A program made the translations under genes and the position numbers. Positions 22,801 through 33,088 of a stretch of 37,988 bases of DNA are shown here, in pieces. How positions within the stretch are numbered: position 1 is the first letter of the stretch; each line of letters starts with the position of its first letter. This DNA comes from Nemertoderma westbladi (Eukaryota; Animalia; Xenacoelomorpha), in the NCBI GenBank assembly GCA_032718475.1, contig JAUCBJ010002691.1:1-37988 (forward strand), in the 5' to 3' direction. The notes below the pieces were generated by a model. The model was given only the letters and a program-made list of their open reading frames with translations, had not been told where the DNA came from and made no database searches.

Positions 22801-25738
22801 ACTTCCCACTCCGGCTCCCACACCCTCCACAGATACTCCTGTCCTTCCCATTCCGTCGTCCACACCCTCCACAGATCCTCCTGTACTTCCCAATCCGTCG
22901 TCCACACCCTCAACAGATCCTCCTGTACTTCCCAATCCGTCGTCCACACCCTCCACAGATCCTCCTGTACTTCCCACTCCGGCTCCCACACCCTCCACAG
23001 ATCCTCCTGTACTTTCTACTCCGTCTCCCACACCCTCCACAGATCCTCCTGTACTTCCCACTCCGGCTCCCACACCCTCAACAGATCCTCCTGTACTTCC
23101 CAATCCGTCTCCCACACCCTCCACAGATCCTCCTGTACTTCCCACTCCGGCTCCCACACCCTCAACAGATCCTCCTGTACTTCCCAATCCGTCGTCCACA
23201 CCCTCCACAGATCCTCCTGTACTTCCCACTCCGGCTCCCACACCCTCAACAGATCCTCCTGTACTTCCCAATCCGTCTCCCACACCCTCCACAGATCCTC
23301 CTGTACTTCCCACTCCGGCTCCCACACCCTCCACAGATCCTCCTGTCCTTCCCATTCCGTCGTCCACACCCTCCACAGATCCTCCTGTACTTCCCAATCC
23401 GTCGTCCACACCCTCCACAGATCCTCCTGTACTTCCCACTCCGGCTCCCACACCCTCCACAGATCCTCCTGTACTTTCTACTCCGTCTCCCACACCCTCC
23501 ACAGATCCCCACGTACTTCCCAATCCGTCTTCTACACCATCCCCCCCCCCCCCCCCCCACCCACAGATCATCCAGTAATTCCCAATCCGTCTTCCCCACC
23601 TTCCACATATCCTCCTGTACTTCCCACTCCGTCCTCCACACCCTCCACAGATCCTCCTGTACTTCCCAATCCGTCTCCCACACCCTCCACAGATCCCCAC
23701 GTACTTCCCAATCCGTCTTCTACACCATCCCCCCCCCCCCCCCCCACCCACAGATCATCCAGTAATTCCCAATCCGTCTTCCCCACCTTCCACATATCCT
23801 CCTGTACTTCCCACTCCGTCCTCCCACACCCTCCACAGATCCTCCTGTACTTCCCAATCCGTCTCCCACACCCTCCACAGATCCTCCTGTACTTCCCACT
23901 CCATCTCCCACACCCTCCACAGATCCCCCCATACTTCCCACTCCGTCTCCCACACCCTCCACAGATCCCCCCATACTTCCCACTCCGTCTCCCACACCCT
24001 CCACAGATCCTCCTGTACTTTCCACTCCGCCTCCCACACCCACCACAGATCCTCCTGTACTTCCCACTCCGTCTCCCACACCCTCCACAGATCCCCCCAT
24101 ACTTCCCACTCCGTCTCCCACACCCTCCACAGATCCTCCTGTAGTACTTCCCAATCCGTCGTCCACACCCTCCACAGATCCTCCTGTACTTCCCACTCCG
24201 TCTCCCACACCCTCCACAGATCCTCCTGTACTTTCTACTCCGTCTCCCACACCCTCCACAGATCCTCCTGTACTTCCCAATCCGTCGTCCACACCCTCCA
24301 CAGATCCTCCTGTACTTCCCACTCCGTCTCCCACACCCTCCACAGATCCTCCTGCACTTTCTACTCCGTCTCCCACACCCTCCACAGATCCTCCTGTACT
24401 TCCCAATCCGTCGTCCACACCCTCCACAGATCCTCCTGTACTTCCCACTCCGGCTCCCACACCCTCCACAGATCCTCCTGTACTTTCTACTCCGTCTCCC
24501 ACACCCTCCACAGATCCCCACGTACTTCCCAATCCGTCTTCTACACCATCCCCCCCCCCCCCACCCACAGATCATCCAGTAATTCCCAATCCGTCTTCCC
24601 CACCTTCCACATATCCTCCTGTACTTCCCACTCCGTCCTCCACACCCTCCACAGATCCTCCTGTACTTCCCAATCCGTCTTCCCCACCCTCCACAGATCC
24701 CCCCATACTTCCCACTCCGTCTCCCACACCCTCAACAGATCCTCCTGTACTTCCCACTCCGTCTCCCACACCCTCCACAGATCATCCTGTACTTCCCACT
24801 CCGTCTCCCACACCCTCCACAGATCCTCCTGTACTTCCCACTCCGCCTCCCACACCCTCCACAGATCCCCCTGTACTTCCCACTCCGTCTCCCACACCCT
24901 CCACAGATCCTCCTGTACTTCCCACTCCGTCTCCCACACCCTCCACAGATCCCCCCATACTTCCCACTCCGTCTCCCACACCCTCAACAGATCCTCCTGT
25001 ACTTCCCACTCCGTCTCCCACACCCTCCACAGATCATCCTGTACTTCCCACTCCGTCTCCCACACCCTCCACAGATCCTCCTGTACTTCCCACTCCGCCT
25101 CCCACACCCTCCACAGATCCCCCTGTACTTCCCACTCCGTCTCCCACACCCTCCACAGATCCTCCTGTACTTCCCACTCCGTCTCCCACTCCCTCAACAG
25201 ATCCTCCTGTACTTCCCACTCCGTCTCCCACACCCTCCACAGATCATCCTGTATTTCCCACTCCGTCTCCCACACCCTCCACAGATCCTCACATACTTCC
25301 CGCCTCCACTCGCTTCTCCTCGTACCCCTAACTACTCATTTCGCTCCTCCCACCTTGCATCTCTACCTTTTCCCCTCGCAACTCCAACTGCCATGCTCGA
25401 TGCAGCAAATGCTGATAAATGTAAAAGCAACTAAAGTCTATTCCACAGTCAATTATTGCCACAAATAATTACTCACGCAAAAGACCGAACTTAGCTATCT
25501 GCCGATATTTGAATCCTCAAATCAAGTTTGTATTTCTGCATTTTTTAGTACTAAGACATCTGTAAAATCTTTCAAAGTCGGAGTGGCGGTATGATTCTTT
25601 GTGCATCTGTTGGACCATAAAATTATCTTCAAAAATATATATAACTTTACTAGGTTCCAAAAAAAATTTCATTCTAAAATTAAGTCAAATCGTGTGGGAA
25701 ACGTTTTTGGCCATTTTTTGTAAGTTTGGTTGTGCAGT
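19822..25738. mobile_element. Putative TIR DNA element enclosing the 42-bp minisatellite
   Basis: Left end ACTGCCAGGCTCAAACTCATAAAAAGTGTCCAAAAA resembles the reverse complement of the right end, ACTGCACAACCAAACTTACAAAAAATGGCCAAAAA. The left ~130 bp also resembles the reverse complement of ~35740-35850. Confidence 0.5.
20339..25301. repeat. ~5-kb 42-bp C-rich minisatellite (about 118 copies)
   Basis: Consensus CCCTCCACAGATCCTCCTGTACTTCCCAMTCCGTCTCCCACA; scattered indels shift the frame. It explains all ORF-track entries from 20355 to 25275. Confidence 0.98.
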
Positions 25739-25744
25739 CACTTC

Positions 25745-25935
25745 AATACCGTAGCATTACCTTGAATTCGCTTCTCTGGCTCAAGAGGTCTAGGGTTCGA
25801 ACCCCGCATAGGGGACGGAAAGTTATCATTTCGTAAGAATTCTTTGTAGGGCTCCAGGGCTCATCTCTGCCACATCCTTTAAAAATGGCCTCATTTAGTT
25901 AGTATCAGTTTCCTCTGGAGGAAGTCAACAATAAA
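25745..25935 (+). mobile_element. tRNA-derived SINE-like copy (same family as 1440-1698)
   Basis: B-box GGTTCGAACCC (25794-25804) preceded by CATTACCTTGAATT; the body resembles the reverse complement of 1440-1600. No complete tRNA cloverleaf. Confidence 0.55.
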
Positions 25936-26174
25936 TAACAGTAGGAGTGCTTATTTTCTAAAAGGTAACTTAAATTTCGGCTAATAATTGAAGACGCCTG
26001 CAGTTTTCGGTGGCTTAAAAGAGTTTTGTTTGTATATGATAAGCATTGAAATTATAATTAAATGTATTTTAGTTAGTTCTTATAATGATTTTCAAGCAAA
26101 AAATTTAAATTTGCATTTCCCGCCTATTTTATTTAAATTTTTATGATTTTTCATGACAAATTTAAATAAAAATA

Positions 26175-26447
26175 ATTGCTACTCAAACGTCATTTTTTAA
26201 TAATTTTATCTGAAATTTTCAGGGAATGGTCTTCACATATTGACAAATAAAAGTTGTAGACAGTATTTTGAAATTTTTATCAGAAGTGTTACAACTTAAG
26301 CTCAAAATTTCAAAATACTGTCGAGAGATTTTATTGATCTTTGGATTTTATGTCAAGACAATATTCACTAAAACTTTCAATCGAATTGATTAAAAAATGA
26401 CGGAAGGGGGAAGGGGGGGGGGGGTGGCTAGCATTTTGAGTGGCACA
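26175..26447. mobile_element. Degenerate fold-back (palindromic) element core
   Basis: GACAGTATTTTGAAATTTT (26259-26277) pairs with AAAATTTCAAAATACTGTC (26304-26322); outer pairs CGTCATTTTTTAAT/ATTAAAAAATGACG and TGCTACTCAAA/TTTGAGTGGCA. Confidence 0.7.
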
Positions 26448-26868
26448 AAAACGAGAAATGAAAATTCCTAGAAAAATGCATTTAATGTTTAAACCTTCCC
26501 TCGCAAAATTGTATGTCTCTATCTGATTACCAATAATGATTAAAATGTTCTAATTTATGACAGTTTTAGTTACTAAGAAGCACATAGCTGGAATTTTCGC
26601 TTCGGGGGTTTTCTTGGTCGGTAATTTCATATCTGATATTTCAGTTTTCATGGCCAAAATCTAAACTAAATAAAGGAATTGCAGTTGAGCTGTTAATTTC
26701 TCATTTTTTCCACTTCTAAACAACTTATTGAAAAATCTAGACTGGCTGTCTGTTTGCTTCGTTCTTTTACCACAATAGCACCACTCAATTCATTTCATTG
26801 AACTATGTGTTCCAATGGAAATCCAAGTGCAAATTGTTTATATGCAACTTTAATGCTTTAATGTATTT

Positions 26869-27396
26869 TTAACATGATTGACAAAGTTTTCCTTTGGTGT
26901 CAGTATCATCTGGCAATAATGGCCAGATGTAGATTTTCGTAATAATATGTTTTAATAAAATCTCTAATATCAAACGTATGTTAGCAGTATCATTATCAGG
27001 ATTGCTAACACACTCGGCTATTTTTAGTAATAGTTTACTCAAAAGTATGGGTATCTGTTTGTTTACTACATATGTTGCCACCAATTTCACCATGCAATAT
27101 TTTTCACTTATAAACCCAGGTTTTGTTACCTTTTTCTTTGAAGCGACTTTTTCACCATCAACAAACCTAAATTTAGTGTTGCTATATTGCTATATAACCT
27201 TACTGCTAGCAAACTCACCTCAGATAAATTGACAACCATCCTTCTCCACATAGTGTTGAAGTACAACCATAGTATCCAATATACCATGATTAAATGTTTC
27301 TAGAATAAATGTCTTCTTCCATTTTATGAAACAGTGTTTATATACATTCACATCATTACTGATACCCTCATCGTGATAGTTATCAATCTTCATCAT
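26869..27396 (-). pseudogene. Possible decayed coding sequence of unknown origin (176 codons, two internal stops)
   Basis: The frame of track ORF 26869-27093 extends upstream to ATGATG at 27396, interrupted only by TGA (27222-27220) and TAG (27192-27190). No family recognised. Confidence 0.35.
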
Positions 27397-30300
27397 TATT
27401 CATTGAATTAATTGCGGTGTCAAAAGACGCGCAACACTTTCAATTGATATAAGCCACGTGTGAAATGAATGAGATTAAATGTGTATTTAAATCGATCGAA
27501 ATTCTCTATCCATAGAAACCAATATAAGTAATTATCAGAGCACTTTGTAGTGCTGTCAAATCACAACCGATTTTCAAAATTGGCCTCCCGCGCTTACTTA
27601 AACCTGACATTTCGACCGTTTCCCCGTGTTTTTACAAAAAACACGCCCCGCCACTCGATTCACAGCACCTTGTTACCCCTTATTTAATTCTTTCTAGCCC
27701 AACAATTTTTTCGCGCACCATATTGAAAAACCCAAACTAAAATCATATGCTGTTAATATCATTATCACCCAATAATGAATTTAAACCGCTGACTATTTCT
27801 ACTGTAGTACGTTTGAGAGTATCTCAATGGCATTATTTCCCGTGATGCTAAATCTATTGACCTCAAGTGTCAGATGTTCATATATCAATTTTATTGTTTC
27901 CCGCTGATATGGAATAGCTTGCCTATAATATGTACAGTTTAGCACCAGAATAATAATTATATGTTTTTTAACCTTGGTTTACTTTTTTGGTTAAAATAAT
28001 GTGCTACTGTAACCGGCTCCTTTTCCTTGGTTGATAATTTAACATTGAGGCGAGATAATTCACTGAGATGGTATTTTCCTCAAGTTCATGTTCTCAAGCT
28101 CATTGCCTCTATTTTTCAGTACTCTGATATTATTTATATTTAAGTTATTTTGGAAAACATAACATTAAACACAATATGAGGTTACATTACTCCGGCTATG
28201 CATATCGCATAAATCAGCATAATATGTCAATGCCATGCCCCCATGCTGCCATGTAATCTATGTCAAGAGCGTTACAAATTATGAGTCATTAATTCTTCAA
28301 AGTGTACTAAGCCCGTGGTAGTACGACGACCTACTTACACTTGGCTGACGCAGTCTGGCTGTGTGCATCTCGTGCATTACGGGTACCGGTAGCTAAATTA
28401 CAGAATAATTCTGGTACCAGGGTACCCTGTCTGCTTGTACAGTCGTACACTGGCAGACTGCTGGACTGTGGACTGGTACGTCTGTTGTACGGTAGGCTAG
28501 GCAGTACAACAGTAGGCCTGATTCATATAGCGGGGACGTAGACTGGTAGACTGGTAGAGGTAGAGGCTGATAGCATAGCAGTAGGCTAGTACCAGAGTAC
28601 CGCTGTACCGGTACTGTACTGAAGTCTGGTAGTAGGCAGTAGGACAGTAGGAGGCTGACCCCTGGACCCTGCAGCCCTGACATGACAGCAGGACAGCTAC
28701 TGAGCTATGCCTATGCAGCTATGGCTCCCATCACCCATGGCTGTCAGCTGTAGGCCTATGGGTTTGGTTTTTGGGTTACGGTACCGGTATAGGCCTGCGC
28801 GCTGCGCTGCCCTAAACTGCTAAACCATAAGTTCGGTAGGCCTAGTCCTGTAGTCTAGCAGTGTTGTTGTTGTTTTAAACTTCCAATGTCTGATTGTATT
28901 ACGGTAGTTTAATGATTTGGGATTACCGTACAGGGCAGTACTGCCAGACTGCAGTAGTAATGCTGTAATGCAGTCAGGAACACTGGTCACAATATATCCA
29001 ATTTACAGCCAGAATGTGTCCACGGAAAACGCTCTCAGAGTGAAATTTCTCCATAGAAAACAATGCTAAATTTCATTTAAAAACCGGCAGTGAAATTTTA
29101 ACATTGGCATTCTAAAAATTATGCCATTAGAACCGCCATAAAATTCTGTATAAATTAATTTGAGAATTAGAATCTCATCGTTGGGATAACTATCATAATA
29201 TTATAAAAATAAAAATGTGCCCAGCTTCTGCTTTGAGTACTAGTGGAGTTACGGCCAAAATATGTCCGGAAATATAATCGCAGCCTGTGAAGGACAAATA
29301 GTGGCTGTACGGACACTTTCTGGCTGTAAATATGTGGACAATTTTTGGCTGAGCTTCAGCCAGAAAGTGACCAGTGTTCCTAACTGTAATGTACCTGTAG
29401 TGCAGTAGTTCTGTAGTTTGCAGGTTTGGTAGTAGGCATACAGTAGTACATTCTGCCAGTTTCTATCTTTCAGTCTTTTGTACAGCCAGATGCATGGATG
29501 CTGGGTGGAATTTGCCGTTATTGAGTGCAAATCCCCGTTCAGTATCAGTCGTACTGTCGTATACCGGTCAGCCGGTAGGCCTAGTTTGTTGTTTACCATT
29601 AGAATATTGCTGTATTTCTGTATTTAATTTGAAATGGCAGAATGCTGGAATGGGCATTCTTATTAAAATTTGGTTGGGCACGGTAATATTTAGTACATAG
29701 TAGAGCAAGTGCTTAGTGTTGATTGAATCTTTCATGTCATCTCCAAATCAAAATTTTGGTAGGCCTATCTATCGAAGTTTGAGCCCATTTGATGACATCA
29801 TCTGATGTTCGAACTGAGTTGAAATTCGGAAAAATGCTTTTTTTGACCACCCTAGGAGGGCTACAGACAGACAGACATTACAGCATTAAGAAGGCGATAG
29901 GCTAGGCATATGCCTACTGCTACTGGCCTCTGTCCTTTGCTCGTTAGGTCCTGGGCCATTCTGCTAAGTTAGTAGAGCATTTACACCTGGACGCCGAACA
30001 CGTTCAGGCGTTCGGCGCACAATTTTTTCCAGAAGTTTGAGCTGTCCGAGTCTTTTCTCAGAGAGACCTGTTTTTGAGCAAAAAAATTATATCCACGGAT
30101 ACGGATTTGTGACATTACCGGTACGTTATTATTGATCAGTTACGTTTTAACCTGTGACCCTTTAGGAGTACCAGTAGGTCTGTAAGTAAGTAGGAAAGAT
30201 CAACGGACAGATGGAAAAGGCTATAGAAAGTACAATTGTACGTACGTACATTTAAGCATGGTCAATGTTTAGTTTCTACCGGTAACTGTGGTGTAAGTGG

Positions 30301-30504
30301 TAAGCCTTACAGTACGGTAATTTCCAATTTAATCCAATGTTTAATTCTGTAATTAGAATCTCGAACTTCTGAAAACATCGTCGCATAGAACAGAAACATA
30401 AGTTACTAGAGGCCTATTTAAAAACACAAATTATTGATACGGAAGGATTACGCTTATAAGATTAATAAACGTTCAGTTCTGCAGTTGGATTTATTGTAAA
30501 CTCT

Positions 30505-32205
30505 ATGATGAATACCAACCCTACTGCCGAGGCATGGGATGATTCTGGAGGTGCAACCTCTAACAACCTCCCGAACCAGATGGCCCAACTCAATGTAAAC
30601 GCCAACGTGTTTGTACCTTCCTTCCTACCCCCGGCGGCGACATTGTGCCAAGGGGACACAGAGATACCACGCGAAACCAAGCTAAATCTTCCTTTGATCC
30701 CGAGCCAAGAGGCGACGCCCGCAGATTCGCAAGCGTCCTCCCCAATGGATTGGGAGAATCAGGCAACCGGCACCGATAACTCTGAGATTGAATCCGAAGA
30801 GCCCAGTGGGGAGGCTGTCCCGGTAGCCAACGGCTCCGTCAGCAACGGGACCGAAGGGGGCAGTAAAGCTGCTAAGAAACGGGCCATGGCCAAGATGTTG
30901 GTGACAGAAAGAGTAAGGAGACGGGAACACGTTAACATTGTGTTTATTGGACATGTTGATGCCGGCAAGTCTACAATCGGGGGGCACCTCCTCTACTTGA
31001 CCAACATGGTGGATAAACGCACCCTGGAGAAATACGAGAAGGAGGCCAAAGAGAAGAACAGGGAGACGTGGTACCTCAGCTGGGCGTTGGATACCAACAT
31101 GGAGGAGCGAGACAAAGGTAAAACGGTTGAGATCGGTCGGGCATACTTCGAGACGGAGAAGAAACACTTTACCGTGTTGGATGCTCCGGGTCACAAGAGT
31201 TACGTCCCCAATATGATAGGCGGAGCGGCGCAGGCGGATGTGGCTGTGCTCGTTATCTCGGCTCGTCGTGGCGAGTTCGAGACGGGTTTCGAGAAAGGCG
31301 GGCAGACGCAGGAACACGCGATCCTGGTAAAAACCGCGGGGGTTAAACACCTCGTCGTTTTGATTAACAAGATGGATGATCCCACGGTACAATGGGAGGG
31401 CGGGAGGTACAAGGACATTGTGGGAAAGTTGACACCTTTCTTAAGGAAGGTTGGGTTTAACCCCAAAAGCGATATTTTTTTCATCCCGTGCAGCGGCCAG
31501 ACGGGACAAAATCTAAAGGAGCCGTTAGGAGATTTCTGTTCCTTCTACACGGGGCCTTCGTTTATCGATTACATCGATAGTCTTCCTCCTTTCGATCGTG
31601 ATTGCGACCTCCCGTTAAGGATTGTCATCGCGGACAAACACAAAGACAAAGGGACCATGGTGCTGGGTAAGATCGAGTCTGGGAGTATAACAGTGGGACA
31701 ATCGCTGCTGATAATGCCCGCCAAGGATAAACTCGATGTTATCAGTATAGTCGTGGACGAGGAGGACCGAGTTGACGCCATTGTCGGCGAGACAGTGAAG
31801 ATCGGCATTAAAGGCATCGACGAGGATACCATCTTCCCCGGGATGGTTCTCTGTCCCGCATCTAGTCTGTGTTCCGTTACCCAGCTGTTCGATTGTAAGC
31901 TCGTCATCATGGATTACAAGTCAATAATCTGCCCCGGGTTCTCCTGCGTCATGCACATCCACAGCACCACCGCCGAGGTCGAGATCACCCATATCATCGC
32001 CCTTATCGACAAGAAGACGGGCAGTAAGACGAAAGGAGCGCGGTTCCTCAAACAGGACCAGATCGCCATTGTACGCTTCCGCAGTCGGACAACCATTTGC
32101 ATTGAGGCCTTCAAGGATTTCCCTCAACTGGGTCGGTTTACTCTCCGAGAAGAACAACGAACCATCGCTTTCGGCAAAGTTCTTAAAGTCATCGACCGTG
32201 CCTGA
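30505..32205 (+). CDS. GSPT1: Eukaryotic peptide chain release factor 3 (eRF3/Sup35 orthologue); intronless CDS nested on the same strand in a PASK intron
   Basis: 566 aa. PAM2 motif LNVNANVFVPSF; G1 GHVDAGKST; REtWYLSWALD; G3 DAPGH; G4 NKMD; C-terminal GRFTLRE. These motifs indicate eRF3 rather than eEF1A or HBS1. Confidence 0.97.
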   Translation: MMNTNPTAEAWDDSGGATSNNLPNQMAQLNVNANVFVPSFLPPAATLCQGDTEIPRETKLNLPLIPSQEATPADSQASSPMDWENQATGTDNSEIESEEPSGEAVPVANGSVSNGTEGGSKAAKKRAMAKMLVTERVRRREHVNIVFIGHVDAGKSTIGGHLLYLTNMVDKRTLEKYEKEAKEKNRETWYLSWALDTNMEERDKGKTVEIGRAYFETEKKHFTVLDAPGHKSYVPNMIGGAAQADVAVLVISARRGEFETGFEKGGQTQEHAILVKTAGVKHLVVLINKMDDPTVQWEGGRYKDIVGKLTPFLRKVGFNPKSDIFFIPCSGQTGQNLKEPLGDFCSFYTGPSFIDYIDSLPPFDRDCDLPLRIVIADKHKDKGTMVLGKIESGSITVGQSLLIMPAKDKLDVISIVVDEEDRVDAIVGETVKIGIKGIDEDTIFPGMVLCPASSLCSVTQLFDCKLVIMDYKSIICPGFSCVMHIHSTTAEVEITHIIALIDKKTGSKTKGARFLKQDQIAIVRFRSRTTICIEAFKDFPQLGRFTLREEQRTIAFGKVLKVIDRA

Positions 32206-32352
32206 CTAAGGCCTCGTCAGCCTCCGGCTGTACACGCGTCGGTTACCGGTGCCGACAACCCCCCACTACCACCGACGGGCGGGTCTACTTCTACCGGTGC
32301 GGCAACGGGCGCGTCTCGAGGTGGGTTCCCCACCGGAAGTAATCGTAAATAA
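32203..32352 (+). other. Candidate stop-codon readthrough cassette of eRF3 (UGA-CUA, 48 in-frame codons, UAA)
   Basis: GCC TGA CTA AGG... is open in frame to TAA at 32350-32352. 93 of 144 nt (about 65%) are G+C, dropping to AT-rich sequence after the TAA. Several complementary segments are present. Confidence 0.55.
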
Positions 32353-33044
32353 CATGACTGAAAGCCAGCCTGAGTGTGATGGTAACATCGTCGCAATATA
32401 TACCCAATGATGGTCGCTCTTATAATTTACAACCAGTAATTGTTACATATTATACTTACATACTCTGTGGGTGAATGGGAGAGGGTTCAAGGTTTTCTAT
32501 TGGATGGGTCTCATCTGATCGTCAATTGTCTATTGAATTCCGCTCTAAAGATATAATGATGGACCAAATCCACTCAGAACTGGCGTGGCAGTAGCCAATA
32601 TCTCTACATACTTTGACTAAACAATTTCAAGTAACTTTAATCTGAGCTAACATAAAGTAGCATTGTGTATTTTATTTACAATATATTGTTGGATGCGTGT
32701 CGTTCTATAAATCAATAACTTTTACGCCATATTTCTATTTTGAATTATTGTACCCTCTGGAATTCATCGGAAACTAATTATTAATGTAATCGAACAAATT
32801 AAAAATATTTTTGTTTCACACAAAGAACAGTGGAGAGTGAGTGATAATAGAGCCACGAATGTTGTCAAAGTACGTATGTGTGTATGTTGTTGTATATACA
32901 AAGCATTTGCTGATTAAAAACTGCCTACGTAAAGTTTGTTTTTAATAATGTAATATTTCTCCTGGAATTTCTCTAATTTGTTTATAATAGGAATATATAG
33001 GACCTCACAGTAGAAAACGTTTGAATATTGTATTAAAGACGACC

Positions 33045-33088
33045 ACCCCCCCCCCCCCCCCCCCCCCCCCCCCACCGCGCGCGCGCCC
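33045..33088. repeat. Poly-C tract followed by an alternating (CG)n run
   Basis: A run of nearly 30 C, then ACCGCGCGCGCGCCC. Confidence 0.85.

Noticed and set aside
20355-25275. Many long ORFs on both strands (up to 1052 aa; Pro/Thr-rich, GSTGGSVEG, CxxC-like RICGGCGRR)
   Set aside because: All are translations of one stop-poor 42-bp repeat; they switch frames at indels and have no unique sequence.
25745-25830. tRNA gene
   Set aside because: Only a B-box/T-arm-like part is present, with no acceptor stem or cloverleaf; it matches the SINE-like copy at 1440-1698.
30471-30507. In-frame PASK-eRF3 fusion by splicing exon F to the AGs before the eRF3 ATG
   Set aside because: Exon F ends in phase 0 and the AGs are 28 and 20 nt from the ATG, so both are out of frame.
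30682-32157. Antisense ORFs overlapping eRF3 (up to 236 aa)
   Set aside because: Expected shadows of a GC-rich coding strand; no recognisable motifs.
32353-32620. SECIS element that would recode the eRF3 UGA as selenocysteine
   Set aside because: ATGA motifs exist (for example 32354 and 32407), but I could not build the AUGA-helix-AA-loop-GA geometry by eye. A SECISearch run would settle it.
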